This document shows positions 13,174-24,066 of a DNA stretch of 64,000 nucleotides, piece after piece (the stretch's first letter is position 1; every line of letters begins with the position of its first letter). The notes beneath the pieces were generated by a model. That model was not told the origin of the DNA, ran no database searches, and saw nothing but the letters and a program-made list of their open reading frames with translations. Location of the stretch: assembly GCA_036172245.1 (NCBI GenBank), contig JAYWIR010000013.1:2356001-2420000 (forward strand). The letters are read 5' to 3'. Both the position numbers and the translations under genes were made by a program. The DNA comes from Raillietiella orientalis. Lineage: Eukaryota.

Positions 13174-16100
13174 GTGGGACCTCTTGCTCTTTCCTTTCGG
13201 GGGGATCTCCCACCCTTCAGCCTCCTACCGCCGTCTTCCTCACGCCTCAGGGAAGAGGCATGGTACGGCAGGCCCAAAGGCGTTAGAAGTAGGGCTGCTC
13301 CCCCCTCCTTCTGAGGTCCCCGATCCACTCTCAAGTCCCTCTCCTTCTCCACCCACCCCTCTTTCCCAAGGGAGAGCGGGCAGACCCTTCTTTCTTCTCG
13401 CACGGTGGCATCTGGGAACAATTAGAAGGAAGGGAGGGGGGAGGAGAAGAGGGCACCCCTTTCCCCTCGAATTCCCCTGCCCGGATGAAGACGGCGGCGG
13501 TTTCGCGCACTCCCGCTCCATGCTCTCCGCAGTCATCCATCCCCCAGGCAGGGAAGGGGAATGGCAGGGTGGAAGGGAGGGTAGGTGCAGGTGAAGGTGA
13601 CCGGATGACGTGCGCTCCCAGCGGTCCGGGGACCGAGAGTGACCGCGTGCGTGGCGGTACCGGATGGGAAGGTGGGAGGCCGGAAGGGGACAAAGGAGAG
13701 GGGAGGGGGAGGAGCGAGCAGCATCCGCAGCAGCGTCGTCGCCGCTCCCTTCCCTTCGCGACTGTCCACGCGCCCTCCACCGACCTGCAAGCTCACCCCT
13801 GTCCCTCTGGCTCGCAGATCCCGCCCGCTGCGGCGCGCGCGTCCTTTGCTCGCGTGTCTCACGGGCATCTTTCCCTTCTCCTCTTCCCGTTCGCCCGCGC
13901 GCTCCGCCGGTGTTGGCATGCATCCCGCCGCGGTGCACTCCCGATGCCTCCACCTGCCCCAGCCTCCGTGCACCCCAGGTGGCGGCGCGCATTCCACGAG
14001 CTCAAGCTCGCAGAGTCCCGCGTCTATCGCAGGAGAGGAGGGGGGAAACGAAGATGGTCCGACAGCTCCCTCCTCGCATCCCGGACCCGCATTCCCGCCA
14101 GTTCTGAAGGAAGGGAGGAGGGAGAGAGCGATACCGGCTAGGGGACCCTGCTCCCGGGCTTCCAGAGGAGCCCTCCAGCTTCCGGGTTGCCATCCCTTCG
14201 GCGAAAGGAAGGGTGACCCAGACGGTGCATGGCGCATGCGATTCCCGGAGGTGAGAAGCATGACCCGAAAGGGTTCTCTGCCCCGCCGGAAAGAAGCCTC
14301 CGGGGGAGCAATCTCGCCCACCGGCGCCCTCTTGGCTGATCCTGGAAGCCGCCGGTAGCCCCCGCTTTCATCGATCCAGGATGGGAGAGCGTCAGGAACC
14401 CCCCCCCCCACACACACACACCCTTTCTTTGTCGCTCCAGAGCGGGCACGTGTTCTCTCTTCCCTCCTCGCGTCCCTTCGCTCCTCCTCCCTCCTTCCCG
14501 GGAGGATGGGGCACCTCTGGGGCGAGGCGTTCTCATCCCTCTCCCTGCCAGTGAGGCTCACCAACGAGGTCCAGCCTTTCCTGGACGGGGACTGTCCGAC
14601 GAACCACCCCACCTTGGGGTTCGGGGCACTCCATGGAGACCCAGCAGCTTCGGAGCGACTCGGGGAGGAGGCGGCTACGCACAGCCAACACGGGAGCGCC
14701 AGGCACGAAGGAGGGCAAGTTGAGCCTTCTTCGGGATTTGGCGATCCTCCACGAGGAGGGAGGAAGGAAGGGAGGGAAGGAAGGGTCTGGTTGTTTCGAA
14801 CGCGGGGGTCCAAGCGCCTGTCCAGGCCACGACGCCGGCATGGACTCGCTGCGAAGGGAAGGGAAGGAGGAGGGAGCGAAATCCCGACGATCCTCCACAA
14901 GTTCCCCCGCAGAACGGGCGGCCCCTTTCGGGACTCTCCCGGTAGTACTCGCGGAGGGCCTCTGGGCGCGATATGCACCCCCTGCAGTTCCGCCGAAGCG
15001 GTTGCTGGCGGGAAAGCGCGAGGTGCTCGGATTCCATCCCGGGAACGCGGGAGGCGCTCACGTGTGTCCAACACGCACACGGTGACACGCAGCCGACCCG
15101 CAGCACACAGGATCGTACATGCTCGGTGCAGATCGACATATGGCGGCGTTTTTCCTTTTTTTTTTTTTTCTAGGGGGCTTTCCTCCCATCCGAAAGTCGG
15201 TCCCGCAAATGCTCTCTCCCGTCACGTGACGACCAGGCTGCGCATTGTTGACAGGCAACCCCGGCATTGTTGACATTCCACTCGGCGCGCGCCTTTTTTC
15301 TTTTTTTAGCCCCCCCCTCTCTCCCCCGCCCCTCCTCCCCACAGCGAGCAGGGAACCAGGGTAGCGGCGGCGGTCTCTTCCGCCGTTCCTTCCCGAAGAT
15401 GCGCCTTTGTAACGAACGACAAACGGCCGAGCAAAGAGTCCTCCCGCCCGAACCGAATTTCGCAGGACAAAGGTAAGTGCAGGCGACCCTGCCATTTTTA
15501 CGGCGGAGGGGAGGGAGCGTTCCCTTGGTTTTTCCCGACCTGCCCCGTGAACTCTTCCCAAAATGCCTGGTGGATGCCTGAACACTCCGCGTTCGATTTC
15601 AAATCAGCAGCCGCCTCTGCTTCTTGGCTTCCTTCTCTTTTTTTTCGGAAAAAAAAGCAAAAACAAAAACGTCGGTGCGGATTTCATTTCGCGAGCACCC
15701 ACTCCAATCCCCGCGCAGCACGTTTCTTGATTGAATGCATCATTAATAAAGTTCAAGTGATGATTCTAGAAACGTCTTGGGAACAGGAAACCGTCTGTTT
15801 GTGGATACTCGGAGCATGTAAAAATACCCACATATGTGTATCCGTGCATCGCCAGCAAGCACCGCAACGCGTGTTTCGGGTGCAGGTGGATCCTTCGTGC
15901 GCCGTGGAGGAACTCGCATCAGTCCTGGACGCAGGGAGGCGTGCGCAAATGAGCGGATATGGAATTTCGCCCGGAGCGCTGCTCGAGCTCGTGGCGGCGG
16001 GAAGGCAAGGGGGCGAAGGACGGGCAGAAACCCTCCCGTGGGCTGCTCGCCTCCCCGCGGAGGACGGCGGCGCTCCGGCATATCCCTCGGACGCCCGTCG

Positions 16101-19100
16101 GCGTGGGAGGGTCCTCAGAGGTGGAGCAGCGAGCGGCGACTTCGGCGGAGTGCTCCGACACCCCACTGCGTCGCCAGAGACGAACCCGCTCACCCCTCTG
16201 ACGCAGGAAAGCGCACCCTCACCCCTTCCCCTTCTCCCCGGTCCTGGCAAGGCGCCCGGGAACAGATCGAGCCAAGAAGGCAAGGGCGGCAGAGGACAAC
16301 CACGGAGGTCCTTCCCGGCGGCAGCCACGTCCCTCGCGCCGGCCGCCCCAGAACGGTCCTCCGGGGAGGAGAGAGCCGGGACCCGCCCCGGAGGAGGGCC
16401 ACCACGTCCCTCGCCCGTCGACCAACACTCTCAGGAACACTCCCGCCGCCGCTCACGCGTGAGCGTCCATGGGGAGTTCCGCGGGGTTTCGCCCCTTCGG
16501 TCTCCGTGCCCAAGAGAGGCAGCTGAGGGTCTTCCCCCTTCCAGCTGGTCATCGTAAGTCCGTAAGACTCCACGTCTGCGCGGTCCCGTGTTCGCCCTCC
16601 CCCGCATGCGAGCTACCCTTCCAGGGGCTCATCCAGCCGAGGAGAGAACGCGTATGATGGCGGGGGTGCAGCAACCCGCCCGCTGCCTGCAAGTTCAACC
16701 GCCGTCCATCCCCTTTCCGGTATCCCTCGCGGGGAGGGCGGGCAGGCGAGACCCTCTGGGCGCGCGAGCCGATAACGCGCGGGCTCCGATCCCTGCGCTG
16801 AGAATGACCCTCGCGGGCGGCGAGCAGCGCGCGGGGGTCGGCCCCTCCCCCGTCCCGCCCCTTGACGCAAAGCGCTCGAGGACCGGAGAGGGAAGGAGGA
16901 GCCGCCACGGGCTTTCCTCCCTCGCACTTCCTCGAGGTCGGCGCCTCCTTGCCCCCCTTCTCCGCCGCTTTCCCCCCGAGGGGCGGTGGCGACAGAGCCC
17001 CGGAACCCACGCATTAGCCGGCACGTGTCCGAGAGACCCTTACAAGCGGGACACGTGTCTGCGCGTCGGGGTCACGTGCCCAGGAGGTCGGGAGCGGCGG
17101 GGCAATTACAGCGGGGCGAGTTCCCTCGTCACGGTCGCCCGTTCCAGCGGCGGCCCCGGCGAGCCGCTGCCTGCTCACGCACAAAAGGGGTGCGGAGAGG
17201 ACGCCCCCGCGGAAGAGGCCAACCGGAGGACAGGCCCGGAGGACGGTCTTTCCCTCTACCCGCGTCCGCAGAAGGAAGGAGGAGCTCCTCCTGCCCCGAA
17301 CGCATCCCGGAGGGACAAGCTTGGGCACTCCTTCCTCGGCTCCGCGGAAGGCCCTTCCGCCCGCGCGTGTGTGCGTGCGTGTTGAGGGGGCGCTCGCGCA
17401 CGACCTGGAAAGAATCCCTGGGGGATGCAGCGGGACGCCACGAAGCTCCGGAAGGGCAGCTGGCCGCCATGGTTTTATGGAGGCGGAAGAGGAGAGATGC
17501 CGGCCACTGCGCTCGTCGTCAGGGAGACAGCCGTCGCGGGGGCTCCAGTCGCCACGAGTCGAGTGCCGCCCTGCTGAGCTTTGCGCGCGGGGAGAGGGAG
17601 GGGGCGAGGGGGACCTCCTTTCGCACGAGGCTGGCCGAGAGAGTGAGGCCGGTGACCGTCCTCCGGACCGCTCCTCCTGCCTCCCGAAAGCAGCGGACCC
17701 GCGGAGAGCTCTGCTGCGCCTCTCTTGCACTTTGAGAGTTCGAGTGGCGGCGACGTTCGAGAGCTCGCGTGTAGCTGAGCCCAACCGCGTGCTCACCCTC
17801 CAGAGGGAGGAGAGGCGCCTCCCGGTCGCCTCCCCTCCTCCTTGGCGTGGCCCGATCGCATCATCTTCCTGGGAATATTTATGGAGCCAATTATTTTGTT
17901 TACATTTGGTAAACGAGCATGCAGGACTCCCTGCGAGCCGGCCGCCGCGCCTGTTTGTTCTGGCCTCCCCACGTTTCATTCGCGCTCCGCCTCTCCCGGC
18001 AACCTGGCCCGGGATCGTTGCGTAAGCAGAAGCGCGCCATCAAGCGGCTGCGAAAGCGATCTCGCGGCAGCGAGGGTCGGTGCTCTGCCGCGGACGCAAG
18101 CAGGTCGCGCACCGCCGCGGCCGGGACGAGGTGGGTGGGGGGTGGGAGTGTAATGTCGTCGCTCGTCAGCCTGCGCAGGCGCGCGACGAGGAGAAGCGAA
18201 AAGCGTCCCTGCCGCAGGAGAAGGCGGCACCGGGTGGGCAGCGGGTTGATTTCCCCCATGTATGTCCGCCGTCGCCACGGGCCCGAGGCTGTCGGGCAGA
18301 GCTCGCGTGTCCGAGACGAGGAGAGAGGAGGGTGGGGAAGACACGGCGCTGCCCGGCAGCACCACTTGGGAAGAGGGGAAAGGGCTCAGCGGCCTGCCTT
18401 CGCGCGCCGCGGGGGCGCTGCGGGCGCGCCTCCACGCGGATCGTGACCTCTCGCGGGATGCGGCCGATTAGCGCCCCTCCGGAGCAGACTCGCCCCGGCT
18501 GGGGGCGGAGGGGAGCGCGCGATGATTCGATTTGCAGCGAGCGGGAGCGTCCCCGAGGGACTCGCCGGGAGTGGAGCCCATCATGCGTGGCGGGGGGATA
18601 ATCCGTCGAGGGCCGGCTGCGCGGGGGCCGGACGGCATCGGGGGAGCCACCTCTGGGGCGCTTTTTGTTGCCGCCAAGTTGCGGCACGCGTGCACTCTTG
18701 CTTAGGGGAGAGGGAGAGAAATCGACCGGTGTGACGTCACCGCCGCTTCAAGAGGCTCACCATCGGACCTAACTGGGGCCGGCAAAGGTTCCGACACCCC
18801 TTTCCTTCGCTTCCGGAAGCGCGCGCGTCGCCGCCGGTCCCCTCCTCCGGCCTTGCCGCTCGCCGCCGCAGGCACAGCCGACCGCCCGAGTCCCGGGAGG
18901 ATCGCGGGCGTAGCAGCTGCCGCTCGCCCGCCTGCGTCCCCTCCCTGACCCGCCCGCTGCGTGACAGATGACTTTTCCGGGACTCCCAGCGGGCGGCGGA
19001 GTCGCCCCGCTCGGGGAGCGCCGCGGCGCGCCCCGGGAACGCTCCCCGCCCTGCGGCGACTGGATGGCCGCCGGGAGCGCGCCCCAGCCTGGGGGAGGGG

Positions 19101-22100
19101 AGGGCCCGCAATCGCCCGCCTGCGGAGGGGCACGGCGGGTGGGGGGGCGGAGCGTCCCCGGGGAGCGCCCGTCCGACTGGCTGGGGGGGAGGGGAAGGTA
19201 GCGAGGGCGCGCCCCTCCCCTCTGCCGTGCGGGGGCGGGCGGGGGACGCGTCATTTGCCGGTCGTTGCTCCACCATTCATGGCGCGCGGCGCGGGGACGC
19301 CCGGAAGAGCCGGCAGCTGCCGCTCCGGTCAGGCCGGCGCTTTCGCGGTTCAGGGAGCGTGAAAGGAGCGCGCGCGCGACCCGCTCGGGGCGGTGTCCGG
19401 GAGGCCCGCCTGCCTGCCAGGTGTCCCCTCCGCCCCGTCCAACTCCCGCTTCTCCGGCGGGGCCGAGGGCCGCGCTTCCCGAGGGAGGGGCGCCCCCCGC
19501 CCCTTCGCCGGGGCGCCCGCCCGCGCTCCCTAAGCCCACGATTGATGAGGTGCCGCCGGGCGCGGGGCGGCTGCAAATCCCGGAGCGCGGAGGCTGCCTG
19601 GACCATTTGATTCAATCACTGGAAGAGTTCATCCGCGCTCCCCTCCAGCGGCGGCGGATCGAAGGCGCCCTTTTCATCCGACTGGGGCTTTTAAGGGGGG
19701 CCGCGCGCGGAGGCCATAAATCCCGGCGGGGAGGGAGGGAGGCGTCCTGTCGGCGGGCAGGGACGCCGGCGGTCCCTCCCGCCCCGCCGGGGCCGGCCGT
19801 AAATCAGCCCCTTTAGTGAGCCCCGGAGGGCCGGCGGCGAGCGCGCTCGACCACGGGTCACCCGCCCCCCTCCCCCCCGGCAGCCAACGATGTGCCGCGC
19901 CTCTTTCAGCTTCGCTGCCCCGCTGCGCCGGCTGCGACGGGGTCATCCTGGACCGCTTCATCCTGAAGGTCCTGGACAGGACGTGGCACGCGGACTGCCT
20001 CCGCTGCGCCGACTGCTCCGCCAGGCTCGTGGACCGCTGCTTCGCGCGCCAGGGCAACGTCTACTGCAAGGAGGACTTCTTCCGGTAATGCATGCCCCGC
20101 CGCAGGGGGGTGGGGGGTGAGTGAAGAGGGAGGGGTCGGACGGCCAGCCGCCGCTTCGCCTCCGACCCGCACCTGAAGCGAGCGCGCGAGGCGTAGGGGA
20201 GGGCCGACTCTGGTTGCAAGGAAGTGCCCGTGGCGGCTCCCTTTCGCGCCCGCGCCCGTGCGCCCGGCGGGCGGGCGAGCAACCGCCTCCCGGAGGAGAG
20301 CGCTCCAACCTCTCCCGGGGAACGCAATCAGCCCCGGGATCCCTGCGGGACGGGAGGGGAGAGCCGTCCCCCGGGAAGGAGAAGGAGTCCCTCCCGGGCC
20401 GCGCCCGCCCCGCCTCCGCTGATTGAAAAGTTGAGGGCGGAGGAGGAGGCGGGGAGGGGGAGAAGAAGGGAGGATCCCTGCGGAGCGGGGAGGCCCTTCC
20501 TCGCCGTCCAGTGATCCCTCCTGCCCCCTACGGCGCGGGAGCGGAGGCCCGAGGACCGGGAAGGGGGTCGGCGGGTTCCCGGGATCGCCCGGACGCGGGC
20601 GCGGCGCCGCCCGGGCGCTCGCACGCGTGGATACTAGGCAGCGATCCAGGAAGAAAAGCACCCTCCCCCCCGGGAGGAAGGTCGAGGTCTCCTCTTCCGC
20701 TCCAAGTCGACGGCTTCCCTGAGAGGGTCGCCGCTCCCCCCGCGCCCGTTGCTGGTCGATGAGGCTCCGACCGTCCTCCCACGCCGCCGCTCCCCGGGAG
20801 GAGGGACCGCGCGCCGGTGAGGGAGGGAGGGAGGGGGAATTTGATCGATGGCGAGCGGATGCGACGGGGCCGTCCCCCTCGCCGGCAGGAGCGTGGGGCT
20901 GCGGCGGAGCTGTTGCCAGACAGCCGGGGGTGGCCGTGAGGCGCTGGCAGCGCTCTCCCCTCGCTGCACCTCCTCCCGAGGTGGGCATGAGAGGGAAGGG
21001 GGCAGAACACGGCCCTTTCGGCTCCGGCCCCAGAGTCCTTGGAAGCAGTGCCACGGCTCGCCTCCCCCCTGCGCGCTCCCGCGCGGCGCGAAAGTCCAGG
21101 TGAGCGCCTGGCGCACTGGGTGGATGGGAGAGGGGGGAAGAGGTGCCCGCGGCCTTCATCGCCCGTCTGGTGCGCCGCCTCGGAGGACCGGACGCCAGAA
21201 GGTAGCACCGGCGCGGGAACACTGCAGGATCGCTGGAATGAAGGGAAAAGCGCGGAGCCGCACCTGGTATCGTCCCGGCCGCTCCGGGGCGACGGCAGGG
21301 AACGCCTCTTCCCTCTCCCCAGGGGGCACGCTGGCCGACCGTCCCGCCTCACGCCCGCAAAGGCTCTGGAAGCACGTTGGCGTACGGGCACCCAGCGACC
21401 TCGAGCCGTGGCGTGAAGGCGGCGGCCGACAGCAGCCGCAGCGCGAAAGCGAGGGCGGGCCTGGGAGCAGGCGGCGCCTTCAGGGAACTCGGCGGGAGAA
21501 AGCCGCCGCTTCCGGAGCCAAGGCCGCCGGTCGCTTCAGCGGGGAGCGTCGGGGGGGCTCTAGGGACCCGTTCCCCCGTCTGGAGATGCTCCACCTCCAG
21601 ACGCCGCGCCGGCCAACCCCTCGCCGACCTGTTGTTTCCCTTCCAGGAGGTTCGGTACCAAATGTGCCGGCTGCGAGAAGGGCATTCCGCCGACCCAAGT
21701 GGTCCGAAGGGCTCAGGCGTACGTATACCACTTGCACTGCTTTGCTTGCATCCTCTGCAAGAGACTGCTGAACACAGGTGACGAGTTCTACCTGATGGAA
21801 GACTGCAAGCTGCTCTGCAAGGCCGACTACGAAGCCTCCAAGGCAAGAGGTACGCTGGCGCGCGAGGAAAGAGGCGCGCACGGCGGCCCTCCCCCAAAAG
21901 CGCGGTATAATCCGGGCCCTTCTTTGCGGGGGCGGGCATGCGCGGCACCCGGAGGCTCAGCAACGCCGTCATTGCTCCTCCCTTTGCCTGCCTTCCGCAC
22001 TCACGCCGGCGTTGCCGGAAGCGCTCGCACGTGGATGCGGTCGCCGCCACTCGCCATCCCGACTGCACCGGGAATGGGAACGCACCGGTGAAATCCATCG

Positions 22101-23894
22101 TGTTGCACGGATTTTCGTGTATCGCAATGGCGCGAAACAGAATTTCAGTTATTGCGGCTATCGTCGCAGAGAAAAGAGCCTGGTAACCCTGAGAGCACGT
22201 AATAAAGGTGGCACATCAACTGCTGTCCACCGACTGAAATGATCGATCGATGGCTGCACTTCCTGTCGGCTTCATGGAAATGAGGCCGAGGGAGATCCCG
22301 CTCGTTTTTATGGTACACTTCCCTGCATTAGGCCGCAACACGGGCGTGGTACCAAGCGCTGCGTCCTTTCATCTTCCCACACGCTGGGAAAAAAAAAGAC
22401 AGAAGCAAGAAAGAAGGAAAGAAAACAACAACAACAAACGCAAATTCCGTGGTAGGCTCGTGCGTGCGTAAGAGTCTCGCGATTGTGGCACACGTCTTGC
22501 GTGCGTGAGAGCGTGCGTGCGTAGGCAAACCCCCCCACCTCCTCCTGCCTCGGGATCGTCTCTTACTGCCCTCTCTGAGAGCAACTGGAAAGCTTCCGTG
22601 ACGGGTAGAAAGAAGGACGGTCGGTCTCGCAACATGCGGAAGAAAACCTCGAAGGCAAAAATTCTTCCCGCAGGCGCGCGTCTCCGGGGCGGGAGGACCG
22701 TCATCGGGAAGCCACGTTGTCCAGGATGGAGGGAAGGAGATCGATCTCACCTCTACCTTCCTTTCTACGGAGGCGTCTCCTTGACCGTCTTGCCGGGCTC
22801 GCAAAGCTCCTCTGCCTCCCCCTGCTGCGCTGGGTCGGCGGCCTTGCCTCCCCCCTTCCTCTCCGGACAACACGAAGGTCCGTGTTCCCACGCTGCCAAT
22901 GTGTGCCTTCGTCTCGGGCGATTCGGGCGGAAGGGGGGAGGTCACACCTGCCCCTTTCCCGGAAAGGGGGAGGCGCGTCGGACTGTGCAGATAGCGCTGC
23001 TGCTGCTGCTGCACCGCTTCTTGCAGAGAACGAAGCCGCGAACAAGAGGCCGCGGACGACCATCACCGCCAAACAGCTGGAGACACTGAAGAACGCGTAC
23101 AACCGGAGTCCGAAGCCCTCGCGCCACATCCGGGAGCAGCTGAGCCAGGACACGGGGCTGGACATGCGGGTGGTGCAGGTGTGGTTCCAGAACAGGTGAG
23201 GTCGCGGCCGCACGCTGGCGATTCCCCGGCACTCCTCCCCAGGAGGGCCAAGGAGAAGAGGCTGAAGAAGGACGCTGGCCGAAGCAAGTGGAGCCAGTAC
23301 TACAGGAACCTGAAGACGGGTCACCTGCAGAAGTCGCACAGCGTGGACGACAAGTCTTCCGGCGACGAGGGGGACCTGGAGACGCTCTACGACAACGGTG
23401 AGGGACGCCCCCTGGGAGGAGACCCCACGACCGCCCGCGCATCTGCTCCAGACGACCTCTCCAACGAGCTGGGATCCAGCGAGGACTACCCCACGCCAGC
23501 CCCCACAGCCGTTGCGGACCCGGAAGGAGAGATGGGGGGGACGCAGCTCGCCCCCAACGGGATGCACGGAGTCCCCCCCCAGCCTCCCTACCACCGGCCC
23601 TCCAGCCCGGCGAGCGCCCTCTCATCCTCCCGGCATCCGGCCCTGGCGCTCTTCGCCCCCTACGGAGACTTCCCGCTGTGTCCCCCGATAGGTGAGCGCC
23701 GGCGGCGGTTCTGATGACGTCGTGTCTTCCCTCCATGTCGTGCAGGGCTCCACCCCGTCTCCAGGCTGGTGACCCCGGCCGGAGGGGTCGTACCGGGACC
23801 CGCCATCGCCAGCCAGCTGGGCGACTTCCCCCGCCCCAGCCCGCCCCAGCCCTGGCTGCAGGAGATGGACTCCGCCCACGCCCACGGATTCTGA
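13065..23894 (+). CDS. Lim3: LIM/homeobox transcription factor Lim3 (Lhx3/Lhx4 family), 7 coding exons, 399 aa
   Basis: join(13065..13173,19910..20084,21647..21849,23027..23195,23243..23397,23452..23691,23746..23894) = 1200 nt. All introns are GT-AG and phase-consistent. Contains LIM1 ([31 protein letters not shown]), LIM2 ([23 protein letters not shown]), a homeodomain ([16 protein letters not shown]...[19 protein letters not shown]) diagnostic of Lhx3/4, and a C-terminal WLQEMD...F*. Confidence 0.95.
19910..20084 (+). CDS. Lim3: Lim3 exon 2, LIM domain 1
   Basis: Acceptor ctctttcag, donor gtaatg. Reads CAGC...[11 protein letters not shown]...YCKEDFF. Confidence 0.96.
21647..21849 (+). CDS. 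Lim3: Lim3 exon 3, LIM domain 2
   Basis: Acceptor ttcccttccag, donor gtacgc. Reads RFGTKCAGC...[11 protein letters not shown]...[22 protein letters not shown]. Confidence 0.96.
23027..23195 (+). CDS. Lim3: Lim3 exon 4, homeodomain (most)
   Basis: Acceptor cttcttgcag, donor gtgagg. Reads [52 protein letters not shown]. Confidence 0.96.
23243..23397 (+). CDS. Lim3: Lim3 exon 5, homeodomain end and Lim3-specific region
   Basis: Follows a 47-bp intron. Reads [24 protein letters not shown]. Donor gtgagg at 23398. Confidence 0.92.
23452..23691 (+). CDS. Lim3: Lim3 exon 6 (Pro/Ser-rich)
   Basis: Preceded by a putative 54-bp stop-free intron (gtgagg...ctccag) that could also be retained. Donor gtgagc at 23692. 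Confidence 0.75.
   Translation, partial: TTSPTSWDPARTTPRQPPQPLRTRKERWGGRSSPPTGCTESPPSLPTTGPPARRAPSHPPGIRPWRSSPPTETSRCVPR
23746..23894 (+). CDS. Lim3: Lim3 terminal exon (…[19 protein letters not shown])
   Basis: Follows a 54-bp intron gtgagc...gtgcag. The end resembles the vertebrate Lhx3/4 C-terminus WLDE[VM]DH..F. TGA at 23892-23894. Confidence 0.8.
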
Positions 23895-24060
23895 GGGCGA
23901 CCCCCGGAGCTTCTTCCAGGGCCCCCCCTGCCGCCCCTCAGGGTGGAGAAAACCCCTCTCGACTCTCGGAAGGACCCCCTCCCTCCAGGCAGAGACCTCG
24001 GCACCCTCCACCATCGGAGAGAGATACTCCCTCCCGCGGGGCGGAAGAGCCCAGGAGTGG

Positions 24061-24066
24061 AATAAA
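24061..24066 (+). promoter_or_regulatory. Candidate polyadenylation signal of Lim3
   Basis: AATAAA about 170 nt after the stop codon, in otherwise GC-rich sequence. Confidence 0.6.
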
